The notes under the pieces: model-generated
What the model was told of the DNA's origin: nothing
What the model saw: the letters and a program-made list of their open reading frames with translations, nothing else
The model's database searches: none
Source: Eledone cirrhosa
Lineage: Eukaryota
DNA length: 64,000 bases
Reading direction: 5' to 3'
NCBI GenBank assembly: GCA_964016885.1
Contig: CAXHJY010001389.1
Coordinates: forward strand, 1-64,000
Translations under genes and position numbers: made by a program
Shown: positions 33,098 to 44,807 of the stretch, one piece after another
How the letters are laid out: each line of letters starts with the position of its first letter
Numbering within the stretch: position 1 is the stretch's first letter

Positions 33098-34592
33098 AGT
33101 AATCTGGTGGGCTCTTAGAAAACTAGGAGTAGATGAATGGCTTGTGAAAGCGGTACAAGCCATGTATAGGGGAGCAGTCAGCAAAGTTAGGATTGGCAAT
33201 GAGTATAGCGAGGAATTTAGCGTACAGGTTGGGGTCCACCAGGGCTCTGTTCTTAGCCCTCTCCTGTTCATCATAGTCCTGCAGGCAATAACGGAGGAGT
33301 TTAAGACCGGATGCCCATGGGAACTCCTGTATGCTGATGACCTCGCACTCATAGCTGAATCTATGGTAGAACTAGAGAATAAATTCCAAACCTGGAAGCA
33401 GGGACTAGAGAGAAAGGGCCTCAAAGTCAACATGACAAAGACTAAGGTCCTTATAAGTAGACGAGAAAACAGAACCCAGATCCCCTCAGGGAAATGGCCT
33501 TGCTCAGTATGTAGGAAAGGTGTAGGTAGGAACTCCATTCTTTGCCCCAAATGCAAACAATGGGTACACAAGAGATGTAGCGGGATCTCAGGAAGCTTAA
33601 TTAAGAATGTAGGATTCACATGCAGCAGCTGTGCTGAAACAGCAAGCAAACAGCCACAGGAAACAAGTACCACCAATCTCTGGGAGGGCCCTGTAGAAAC
33701 AGTAGACAGCTTCTGCTACCTAGGTGACCGAATTAGCAACGGAGGTGGGTGCTCAGAAAGTACAATAACTAGGGTAAGAACGGGATGGAAGAAGTTTAGG
33801 GAACTACTACCACTGCTAGCTGCAAAAGGCTTCTCCCTCAGAATGAAAGGCAGACTGTATGATGCGTGTATCCGAACAGCGATGTTGCATGGTAGTGAGA
33901 CCTGGGCGCTGAAGGTGGAAGACTTACGTAGATTAGAGAGAAACGAAGCCTGCATGCTCCGATGGATGTGTAACAGTAATATACGTGAACGACAAAGCAT
34001 AAATGAATTGAGAGAGAGACTGAGCATAAGAGGAATCAAATGCTGCGTGCAGGAGAGGCGGTTACGCTGGTATGGACATGTGATGCGTATGAAGGATGAC
34101 AGCTGCATAAAAAGGTGCAGAGCACTAGAAGTTGATGGAAACCGCGGAGTGGGGAGACCCAAGATGACTTGGGATGAGGTGATAAAAGCCGACCTTACCC
34201 AACTACACCTCTCAAAGTCAATGACACACGACCGTGACTTCTGGCGTCACGCAGTAATACAGGGTACCCGACCTCCCATGGGTACATGCTGAAGCATATA
34301 AACAATATGCCCCCCCCCCACCGCAAGGTGGTCGTGGAGGTGCCACGGCAAAAAAGCACCCAGCCCACACTGTAAAGTGGACGTGTAGGCGCCACGAAAA
34401 AGCACCCAGCACTCACTGTAAATGAGGTTGGTGTTAGGAAGGGCATCCAGCTGTAGAAATCAAGCCAGATCAGTTCCTGTATGAGCAAGGCATGGTCAGC
34501 CGACCAGACACTGCCCACAACAGGACAACCCGTCTAACCCATGCTAGCGTGGAAGAACGGACGTAAAACGGTGATGATGATGATGATGATGA
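33098..34592 (+). mobile_element. 5'-truncated RTE-clade LINE, RT C-terminal half in open frame to 34292
   Basis: [18 protein letters not shown]-like finger, RRLRWYGHV; (gat)n tail. Confidence 0.92.
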
Positions 34593-34684
34593 TATGTGTG
34601 TATATTTATATATATATATTTATATATATATATTTATATATATATATATTATTGAGTAAAAGGAGAGAATGCCAGACTGCTGAA

Positions 34685-34750
34685 ATACCTTTAAATATTT
34701 ATTTCAGTGGCCTGGTTATGTAACATACTGGTGACATCATCAGGTGTATA
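34685..34750 (-). ncRNA. degenerate hammerhead motif related to 58737-58794
   Basis: Minus strand reads atacac CTGATGA tgtcaccagt...accaggccact GAAA taaatattta aaggtat; stems imperfect. Confidence 0.4.
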
Positions 34751-35078
34751 TTGCATACTAATTGTATAATAAAGGTAAACACAATCCAAGGGGCTATAAG
34801 GAGAGAAAGCAGATAAAAAAAACAGAGAAAAAAAGTTCTTTACTTGATCAAGAGGGCCAGTTGTTGTCAGTTTGGCTGACCACCAAAAGTTATTCCAAAT
34901 ATGACACTTTATTTTAGTGACCCCAAAAGGATGAAAAGCTAAGAATGTAAAGAGCCAGAAGATATATGTCAATGGTATTTTATATGATGCTCCACCAATT
35001 CTGTCAATCCAATGTCCTCTCAATGCAGTAATATTGAATACAGTAAGTAATATTATATGTTATTTATAATCTTTACAG

Positions 35079-35167
35079 ATATGCACAGAATATTCACGTT
35101 TGTGCTGAACTTCTCAATATGAGATTAGGAAGCCGGGAAAATAAAGAACTTAATCGTCTGCAGTGCA
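35079..35167 (+). CDS. candidate host-gene exon B (89 nt, phase 2 to 1): YAQNIHVCAELLNMRLGSRENKELNRLQC
   Basis: ctttacag acceptor, gtgagt donor, open frame. Confidence 0.7.
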
Positions 35168-35778
35168 GTGAGTACATAATATATATTTCTATTGGTTGAT
35201 ACTCATCTCTATACCAGAGCAGAGCATGGTGTTATACTCTGAATTAGTAACTATTGTATAACATACATAAATCTAGTTACAGTATAGATTCTAGCTTTAA
35301 CATTGAGACATTCATAATAACAATTTTAGTTAATATATAAAACAACTATATAGGTACACATAATTTGTAAATTACAAATAGCAATGAACTTGTAAAATAC
35401 TAGTTAGTATCTTTGGCCACTAGGAGTAACTTAGTATAAATAAGATTTGGTCAATTATTCACATATTTTGTTTCAAATGATGCTGATCACATGCACATAT
35501 TGCATAAAAAGTAGACTTATTCTTGCTAGTAAAGTCCATAGTACCTTCCTACTTTCAGGCTAGATGCCATTACTTGCTAATAAAGTCTTTGATGTTCTTC
35601 TGCTTTCTGGCTTGACACCATTTCTCTTACTTTATATGTATACAAAAATTGAACTAGAATCCAACATACAGGAACATCATATAATTATTTCAAAGTCCAC
35701 ATATTATTTAATTCATGTTATGCTTTCAAATTATGGCATATCTTTCTTTTCTTCTGTTTTTTTAAATATTTTTTCTAG

Positions 35779-35839
35779 AGAATTCATTTAAAACCTGCAA
35801 AGAAAGTATATCAAAGTGTACTTTAATAAGTTCCTGCAG
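35779..35839 (+). CDS. candidate host-gene exon C (61 nt, phase 1 to 2): NSFKTCKESISKCTLISSC
   Basis: ttttctag acceptor, CAG|gtaaga donor, open frame. Confidence 0.7.
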
Positions 35840-36339
35840 GTAAGATAAAATCAAATCTATGTATTGTCATGTATTCCAGCCACTATATATCAATAGACAC
35901 GTGGACATGATATCAAATGGACCACTAACAAAATAACAATAAAAAAAGAATCACAGGCAGCACTTTTAATTGTACCTGTTCTATAAAATAAAGGAATAAA
36001 TATTAAGAATATTATACAAATGAACTAATAATGTTGCATCTCAGAAAACAGATGTTCTTTTAACCCTTTAGCATTTAAACTGGTCATATCTGGCCAGAAT
36101 TCTCTCACCTCTTTCTGTTCTAACTGGTCATAATCAGCTGCTCATACCGACATTAAGGTATTATTCTCAAAATAAATATCAAAATCTCGTATTTTCAATA
36201 TTATGTGGGATAATTATGTGAGATAAAGCCTTGTCTGTGAAAAAACAATAGTAAATATGGAGTTATATTAATACTAAAGATTTAATCAATATTACCAGAA
36301 CATGAAAATCAAACATCCAGCTATATGTAACTACTACTG

Positions 36340-39300
36340 TCAGCCCGGAGGTGGGGGTGGAGTTGTCGTTCTGCTGCAAAAACATCTGGGTCTCGCAACA
36401 CAGATGGTACATTTGGACCCGGAGGGTCGACTAGTGGTTCTGGACCTTGGCAGTGGTAAAGGCGGAGCGTTTAGGTTGGTAGCCGCCTACGGCCCTTTCG
36501 GGTCAATGCGGCCGGACTTCTTCCATCGTCTGGAGACTTTTCTAGGGACGTCCCGCTCCTTGCTATTAGTGGGGGACTGGAATGGTATCCTAGATGCACG
36601 CTGGGACTACGTAGGGGCCTGTCCCGATAGAGAGGGGTGTAATAGCCTCAAAGGGTTAATCGGTCGATTTGACCTGGCCGATAGATATCGACTAGATTTT
36701 CCGACTGCGCCAACCTGGACTTGGGCAAATCGTAGCGGAACATCTAGGTCGTACCTAGATAGGTTATTAGTTAGAATTAAGGATAAGGACTTTTTAAGTT
36801 GTCCAAAAATGCGCATGGTTGGCTATTCAGACCACAAATTAGTGACCTGCATGGTCAACCTTGACAGAACTCATAGACAGGGACCCGGTTACTGGAAGCT
36901 CAACTTGTCCTTACCGGCAAGTAAGGCTTACAGGGACCGGATTAGCACTTTAGTTAAGGAGCGGTTGACGGGCGCCATCGTCAACAGCAGGTGGTGGGGA
37001 TCTCTCAAAAGAGAGATTAGAGTAGTCTCTATAGAATTTAGTAAGGAGTTAGCCTCCAATAGAAACAGGAAGGAAAGGGAGTTGGTAGATAGTGTAGAAG
37101 AGGCAATTAGAAGCGGCGACGTGGCCAGAGTGCTAGCGTCGAGAACGGCTCTGGGCCAGTTCTTCAACGCGAAACACAAAGGCTGCATCGTCCGAAGCAA
37201 AATACGTGCTCTGGGAAACGAGGGGACCAAAGCTGTTAGCTGGGCCCGCGTGACAGAAGCCAAAAGAGGGAGCAGATCCACTATCCGGTCTTTGCGAGAC
37301 CAGGATGGACGGGTGATCCTTGAACCTAAGCAGATGTGCGAGGCTTTTCAAAAGCACTTTGCCGAATTGTTCGGAAGGGGCGGGGGGCCAGTTGGGGACG
37401 TGGACTTCGGTCCATACCTCGACGGCCTGCCGCGTCTCTCGGACAGGGAGGCGAAGTCCTGCGAGGAGCCGATTTCAGCCGCTGAGATAGAGGACGTGCT
37501 GAGCCAATGCGGCAAACGCAAATCCCCGGGTCTCGATGGTCTTCCATACGAACTATATCTAGCTATGCCGGACTTGTTCCCCGAACTCCTCGAGGCGGTC
37601 TACTGCAACTGGCAACAGAACGGGAGAATTCCCTGTGCTGTGACCAAGGGCGTAGTCATGCTAGTGAGGAAGGACGAGAACAAGGGGGACGATATAAATA
37701 ATTTCAGGCCCATAACTCTGCTAAATACAGAGTTACAGATTTTGGCCAAGGTGCTAGCAAAGAGGTTGGCGCTTGTCGTGGGCAACCTGGTGGGAGATGC
37801 GCAGACATGTGCTATCCCGTCCAGGTCCATCCACGATAACCTCCACCTCATGCGATACATCATAGAGAGGGTTGGGAACGAACCCGGCTTTGGTGGGGCC
37901 CTGATCAACTTGGATCAATCTAAGGCATTCGATAGGGTCAACCATGGTTACCTGGATGCGGTGCTAGCGGCGGCAGGCTTCGGACCCGTTTTCAGGGGCT
38001 GGATCAATGCCATGCACAGCAGCCGCATCTGCTCTAGGGTCAAGGTGAACGGCTACCTCTCGGAGCCGTTCGAAATCGCGCGGTCCATCCGACAGGGGTG
38101 CCCTCTCTCCTCCCTTCTGTATGTAGTGACTCTAGAGTCACTGCTGCGGAAGTTGGAGTTGTTGCAGGGCATCCCGTTGGAACCGGGATTGCGGAAAGCG
38201 GTGTCAGCCTACGCCGATGACGTAACAGTAATGGTGTCGACGGCCTCGGAAATCGGGGCGATCGGCACCTTACTGGAGGAGTACGAAAGGTTTACAGGGG
38301 CTAAGCTGAACCGGGACAAGTCGATCGGTCTGCAACTCGGCACGTGGAGGGGCAGATCGATGCCCTCCGATGGCGTCGTCGGGCGCTGGACGGAGGGCCC
38401 GGTGAAATTGCTCGGGGTCTGGTTCGGACCAGACCTCCAGGTGGAGAAGAACTGGGGTGAGGTGACCAGCAGGGTGTTTGCACTGACCCAGAAGTGGGCC
38501 GAGTGCAAACTGTCCCTGAAAGGTCGGGCGGAGGTGGCGAACACTTATATAGCGTCCGTCATCTACTACCGCCTGACCGTGGTGCCTTGCCCAAGGGAAA
38601 CGCTCGCCAAAATAGAGCGCGCACTCTTCCAATTCCTTTGGAAGAAGCGGGTTCCTATGGTGAGGAGATCCATCTGCTGTCAACACCCTTCGAAAGGAGG
38701 GCTGGGGATGCCGTGGCTGATGATACGTAAACACGCATTAAGGCTACGGCACCTTCAGGTATTCCTCTCCGGTCAACCGGTGTGGGCCCCGTTTGTGAGG
38801 CGAGCCTTTCGCAGACTCGTCTCACTCACCGAGCTGCAATCCTGGGTCAAGCAAAGACCGAGAAAACTGGGCGCCTGGCACACCGAGTGTGCCCAGGCGC
38901 TCACGGCTCTCTGGCAGGCGGACCCGGCTGTCAGTGGAGAATCCACCTCGTCATTCTATAGAGGGCTGGTGGTTAGCAGGTGCGACGACGCCCTCGGAGA
39001 AGCCCTAGGCATGGAGGAAGACGAACTGGCCAACCTGTTCGGTAGGACATTCAGCCCGGGACCCATGGATAACTTCCAGAGTTCCCTGGCCTGGCAATGC
39101 TACAGAAGGGCTCTGCCTGTTTGAGAAAGGCTCTACAGACACGGGCGCCCGGGTAGGGACCCATCGAAAAAGGTCTGTCCCAGATGCGTGTGCGACGAGG
39201 AAACCGTTGCACACGCATTGGTACACTGCTCGGGCATTGCCGATCTGTGGGGTTATGTCGAACAACTGCTGTCAAGGGTGGGACCGATCCGGTTGATCAC

Positions 39301-39592
39301 CGAGTCTATTGTAACGATCAAGCCGCCTCCCCTCTTCAAAAACGAAGGAGAGGCGGTGTTTCTGTGCGTAATAGCCATGGCGAAAGAGGTTGTATGGTGG
39401 ACGCATCTGAAAGGACTAAGGTCAGACACCTTTCTCTCTGGCCAACAACTGGTCCGTTTCTTCCGATATCATTTCGGAAGAAGGATCAGGATGGAGAGAG
39501 AGGTGCTGCACCCCAGCCGTTTTTATGAAAGATGGGTGAAAGTGGCGAGAATGGCCCGTGTGAATGGGCCTTCACTCTACATCAGACTATAG
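36340..39592 (+). pseudogene. LINE ORF2 interrupted by a single in-frame TGA at 39122-39124
   Basis: ORFs 36302-39124 and 39188-39592 are in the same frame, and the codons between them are open. Confidence 0.85.
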
Positions 39593-39858
39593 GTGAGGAA
39601 GATGAAAGACCAAGGGAGCACCGCTTCTCTGTGCTCCTGAGGAGAAGGGTTGCACACTTTTTTCGGGGGTGTGTGCGACCCCCCAAGGCGCCTCCTCTCT
39701 ATTGAGGACTTTGTTATAAATTTTATTTTTTGTTATATTTTATTTTATTTTTATATATTGTTATTGCCTCCTCCTTATTGAGGACGCCTTGTTTTGTAAA
39801 CTCCCCCCATTGTACTTGTCCCACTTTTGATGCCCTGGTGGCAAATAAAAGAAACATA
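36340..39858 (+). mobile_element. 5'-truncated L1/Tx1-type LINE (APE endonuclease, RT, C-terminal zinc knuckle)
   Basis: LLVGDWN, SYLDR, SDH, KSPGLDG, NFRPITLLN, DQSKAFD, IRQGCPLS, YADD, CPRC..ETVAHALVHC; TSD tatatgtaactactactg at 36322-36339 and 39859-39876. Confidence 0.93.
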
Positions 39859-40026
39859 TATATGTAACTACTACTGGGTGCATTCAATATAATGTGCAAA
39901 TCAAAATAGCCACATGGAAGATGTATATGGAAGGTTGTATAAACTTTCAATTATAGTATTTGAGGAATTTGATTATGTTGTTTATGTTGCTGTTGAGTGA
40001 TAATTCATATATTTCTACTTTTTCAG

Positions 40027-40115
40027 TGGACTTAACACCATGAGCAATTGTCAGTATAAACGAGGTTGTATGGCCCATTTTGAGCTGCTGAATAATTACT
40101 ACAGTGACTGCTATA
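40027..40115 (+). CDS. candidate host-gene exon D (89 nt, phase 2 to 1): GLNTMSNCQYKRGCMAHFELLNNYYSDCY
   Basis: ttctactttttcag acceptor, gtaggt donor; same length and phases as exon B. Confidence 0.7.
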
Positions 40116-40609
40116 GTAGGTCTCCTTTTATTTAATGCCTTCAAATATATTATGTAAGAAAGGGAGTAAAAAATAGATAAATGAAGATAAAATTTCAATA
40201 ATATAATTTTGTATAAAGCTTTGAGAGAACCTGGTATTTTTTCCAGTGTGTTTTAGACCAGCAGTCATATGTCATATTGTTGATAGATGATACATATGTG
40301 TAAAATTCTTTAATGGAAGTTAGTTCTTTACAGAGGAGAAACATTTTTAGGGGTGTTATAAAATATATATTTAACCAAATATTATTTTTTGGTTTATTAC
40401 TAATAAAACATAAAAATTTCAAATAATGTCCAATTTTTTCTGCAGACCAACAAAATTTTCTCTCGGACCACAAGTTCGCGACCTCTGTTTTAGACTACAA
40501 TAAGGAAATCAAAATGTAATTTTTTTATATATCTTAATTTTGAGTTGGTATAGCATTTATCTCTTAGAGATATTTATTTTATCACTGATAGGGTGTGTTT
40601 TACTAATAG

Positions 40610-41280
40610 TGAAGTCACATGACTTAGTGGTCAGGATGTTTGGTTCATGATCATAAGGTGATGAGTTCAATTCCCAGCAGCATATTGTGTATTTCAGTGA
40701 AATATTTTATTATTGATTGTTGCTGTAGTTCACTCATTTGGGAAAAAGGAGTTGTATTGGCAATTCTAAGGGCCAGCCTTATCCTACACAATGTCTTCCT
40801 GAGATCTACATTAATGGTACATGTGTCTTTGGAATATTCAGTTACTTATCTAAATGTCCAAGACAGTGCTCCTATAACTACATCAGGTATCAGGGGTGCA
40901 AGGATACATGGATGGTATTAATAACATCTAAATGTCCAAGACAGTGCTCCTATTACTGCATCAGGTATCAGGGGTGCAAGGATACAGGGATGGTATTAAT
41001 AATATCTAAATGTCCAAGACAGTGCTCCTATAACTACATCAGGTATCAGGGGTGCAAGGATACAGGGATGGTATTAATAACATCTAAATGTCCAAGACAG
41101 TGCTCCTATTACTACATCAGGTATCAGGGGTGCAAGGATACAGGGATGGTATTAATAACATCTAAATGTCCAAGACAGTGCTCCTATTACTACATCAGGT
41201 ATCTGGGTAATTTGATGAACTGACAGTTCTGTAGTCTAAACAACTAGAAGATTCATTGTACGAACTAATGGAGATCCAAC
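40610..41280 (+). mobile_element. old SINE interrupted by the first 78-bp array
   Basis: tRNA-like head (tagtggtcagg...gagttcaattccc); the body appears to continue after the array; related minus-strand remnant at ~42850-42995. Confidence 0.45.
40848..41203. repeat. 78-bp minisatellite, ~4.6 copies
   Basis: Unit tctaaatgtccaagacagtgctcctat(t/a)actacatcaggtatcaggggtgcaaggataca(g/t)ggatggtattaataa(c/t)a. Confidence 0.95.
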
Positions 41281-41435
41281 ACACAAGTATAGTTTCTAAT
41301 TATTACTATATTTAATTAATCTTATTAAGTTTTCATTAAATATTTTCAAATAATTCATAATTCATTCCTGAAATATCTAACAATACTAAAAGATATGTTA
41401 TTTTATGAGTGTATTCAATGTTTATTTATTTTTAG

Positions 41436-41511
41436 AAAAGAATTGTGTATCCAAAGATGTCATTGATTGTAATGTACCACCATCTGACAAAACCGACATA
41501 GCTGAATGTCA
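41436..41511 (+). CDS. candidate host-gene exon E (76 nt, phase 1 to 2): KNCVSKDVIDCNVPPSDKTDIAEC
   Basis: ttatttttag acceptor, gtaagt donor, open frame, phase-compatible with exon D. Confidence 0.7.
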
Positions 41512-41757
41512 GTAAGTGAATCAATAAATTTCTATATCTAAGTAAATAAATTGGCGGTTTTGTCAATTTGTATTCTCATGGTAGTGGTGAATTGGCAGTT
41601 ATTAACATGTTGGATAGAATGCCTTCCATTGTTCTCAGGTCAATCAAATACAAGTCTGGTACAAGGGTTGATCCTTTCTCTTTATCTTTCTCACATTTTC
41701 TCTCTCTTGCTCTTTCCTCTTTTCTCGAATAAATTAACTGTGTTTCGACTTTGAGAT

Positions 41758-42793
41758 TGATGGTATTAATAATATCTAAATGTCCAAGACAGTGCTCCTA
41801 TTACTACATCAGGTATCAGGGGTGCAAGGATACAGGGATGGTATTAATAATATCTAAATGTCCAAGACAGTGCTCCTATAACTACATCAGGTATCAGGTG
41901 TGCAAGGATACAGGGATGGTATTAATAATATCTAAATGTCCAAGACAGTGCTCCTATTACTACATCAGGTATCAGGGGTGCAAGGATACAGGGATGGTAT
42001 TAATAATATCTAAATGTCCAAGACAGTGCTCCTATTACTACATCAGGTATCAGGGGTGCAAGGATACAGGGATGGTATTAATAAAATCTAAATGTCCAAG
42101 ACAGTGCTCCTATAACTACATCAGGTATCAGGGGTGCAAGGATACATGGATGGTATTAATAAAATCTAAATGTCCAAGACAGTGCTCCTATAACTACATC
42201 AGGTATCAGGGGTGCAAGGATACATGGATGGTATTAATAATATCTAAATGTCCAAGACAGTGCTCCTATAACTACATCAGGTATCAGGTGTGCAAGGATA
42301 CAGGGATGGTATTAATAAAATCTAAATGTCCAAGACAGTGCTCCTATAACTACATCAGGTATCAGGGGTGCAAGGATACATGGATGGTATTAATAATATC
42401 TAAATGTCCAAGACAGTGCTCCTATAACTACATCAGGTATCAGGTGTGCAAGGATACAGGGATGGTATTAATAACATCTAAATGTCCAAGACAGTGCTCC
42501 TATAACTACATCAGGTATCAGGGGTGCAAGGATACATGGATGGTATTAATAAAATCTAAATGTCCAAGACAGTGCTCCTATAACTACATCAGGTATCAGG
42601 TGTGTAAGGATACATGGATGGTATTAATAATATCTAAATGTCCAAGACAGTGCTCCTATAACTACATCAGGTATCAGGTGTGCAAGGATACAGGGATGGT
42701 ATTAATAACATCTAAATGTCCAAGACAGTGCTCCTATTACTACATCAGGTATCAGGGGTGCAAAGTTACAGGGATGGTATTAATAATATCTAA
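41758..42793. repeat. 78-bp minisatellite, ~13.3 copies
   Basis: Same unit as 40848-41203. Confidence 0.95.
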
Positions 42794-43050
42794 GTCAAGA
42801 TTTTACTTTTGAAAGGAGTCATAATTTTATTGACAGGTGTGTGTGTTATAGCTGGACCTCCGTTGGTTTTGACATATGTTGGTGTTGTTCAAACAATGGA
42901 CTAGCTTGCTCAAGAATATATCATGCAAGTGGCTGAGCATTACACATACATGTGACCCTTAATGTAGTCCTCAAGGTGATCCAGCTTGGTACAATGTATA
43001 TATATATATATATATATAGTTATGTAATAAACAACATTAGATAATTATTT

Positions 43051-43488
43051 TGTAGCGACTGAGATGGTCGCTTAGCAACAGCAGTTGCCTCCCCTTAACA
43101 ACTCTTCAGAGAGCGGAGGCAAGATACATCCGGCCACAGACGCGGGTTGCTCACTGGACCGCGGACATGAACAGACGTGAAAGGATTCGCTCCTCAAAAA
43201 TATTGACCATACTGGCTTCGTGAGGGACTATGTGAAAATGCCCTCCTTCGGATCAAGGACGCCACGATATCTCGACTAATATGCATTCGCTTATTCCTTC
43301 GTTATTCCTGCACCGGAGAATATAATTACACTACTTCTATTAACCCACAAGGTATGTTTGAATTGACATTGTACATAATTTATTAAATGTCGCATTTAAT
43401 AAAGGATCGTTGATTTTTGACTGTTCACCCCCCTTCTGGAGTAATTTATTTCTACAAAGAGAAACGATGTATTGTCCATTCATCCACA
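43051..43488 (+). repeat. 5' LTR
   Basis: tgtagcgactgagatggtcgc...ccattcatccaca, homologous to 48493-48940; contains aataaa. Confidence 0.9.
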
Positions 43489-43506
43489 ATCATTCGTTTC
43501 CTTTAT

Positions 43507-43524
43507 TGGTGACCCCGACGTGAT
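43507..43524 (+). promoter_or_regulatory. primer binding site complementary to the tRNA-Trp 3' end
   Basis: TGGTGACCCCGACGTGAT. Confidence 0.85.
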
Positions 43525-44015
43525 TCCAATACGCGGATACTAAAAAAAAAAAAATTTTTTTCTTTGGTTTGAATCCAAACCTTTTCCAAAAAAAAAACAA
43601 AAAAACTCTTAAATGCAAGCCTTCTAAAAAGGAAGAAGGAAAACAAGATTTCTAAACTCTGTTCGCTGTTTACACTGTGAACATTTTTTCTTTCCTGATT
43701 TTCACCGTCATTTCCTCATGAAAATTTTTTAAATGGCCGACATTTTCCCGCCATTCTGCGTGTCTTCTTCCTTTTGCGGTTTTCCCGCGCACAGTGTATC
43801 TTCTTCAATCCCAGCAATCTGATTGGCTGCATCGTGCCACGTGACGGCGTCTTCATCAAAAGCATTTTTTTTCTCAACCGGCCATCTTGGATTCTTCTAC
43901 TGATTTCAATTGAATTCGCGTGAACGGATTTCGGAATTCCAGTATAACCTTTTGGTCGTATAGCTGCTTCAAAGACATAATTCGTCCTTAAAAATTCTTC
44001 AAACCTTCGGCAATC

Positions 44016-44807
44016 ATGAATCCACATCATTTGCCGACCATCGCAGGCGACATCAAATTATGGTTTTCGCAGCTCGAGTGCTATTTCGATTTGACCCTCA
44101 CCAAAAAACAGCATAAATTGAAGGTGCTTATTAACGGCCTGCCTGTTTCTTTGGCATATTCCGTAAAGGATGTTATAACGAATTTAGCTGAAGATGTAAC
44201 CTATGGCTCATTAAAACTAGAAATTCTTCGTAGGAATACTAGGTCTGTGGAGAGCCGTTTTCGGGAATTATTGGAGGATGCACAGATGGGTGACAGAACG
44301 ACAACCTCCTATTTGCGACATCTACGTGAGCTGAGCGACTCCCAAGGAATTGATACATCCTTCATTAGACAGCTATTTTTCTCCCGTTTACCGCCAAGTG
44401 TGCAAATGGTCTCGGTCAATAATTTGGAGAGGGAATCGTTAGATCAACTTGCCGCATCCGCGGATAGAATACTAGAGGTGGACTTTAACAGCAGTCGGCA
44501 TAATCCTTGTGTGGCTTCTTCTTCTGTTGCCGACAGCAAACTGTTGGAGATGACCGAAGCGCTTACCCAAAAAGTGGAGGATTTGACCGTACAACATAGA
44601 GAGCCTTCTCAACGTTTAAGGTACCGTTCGCCTCCGTCTGCTATTCCTCGAAACCGCTACGAGTACCGTTCGCCACCGTCTTCTGTTCCTCGCCAACACT
44701 ACACTTCAGGCAGCAGTAATTCTTCGATTTGTTGGTATCATGTTAACTTTGGCAGTCGGGCGCCTTGTAACTATAGGAGTTCGGAAAACGCCAATCAGAG
44801 CCACTAG
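44016..44807 (+). CDS. gag: Gypsy Gag
   Basis: [49 protein letters not shown]. Confidence 0.88.
   Translation: MNPHHLPTIAGDIKLWFSQLECYFDLTLTKKQHKLKVLINGLPVSLAYSVKDVITNLAEDVTYGSLKLEILRRNTRSVESRFRELLEDAQMGDRTTTSYLRHLRELSDSQGIDTSFIRQLFFSRLPPSVQMVSVNNLERESLDQLAASADRILEVDFNSSRHNPCVASSSVADSKLLEMTEALTQKVEDLTVQHREPSQRLRYRSPPSAIPRNRYEYRSPPSSVPRQHYTSGSSNSSICWYHVNFGSRAPCNYRSSENANQSH

Noticed and set aside
41758-42793. CRISPR-like array
   Set aside because: The units are contiguous with no unique spacers, there are no cas genes, and the context is eukaryotic.
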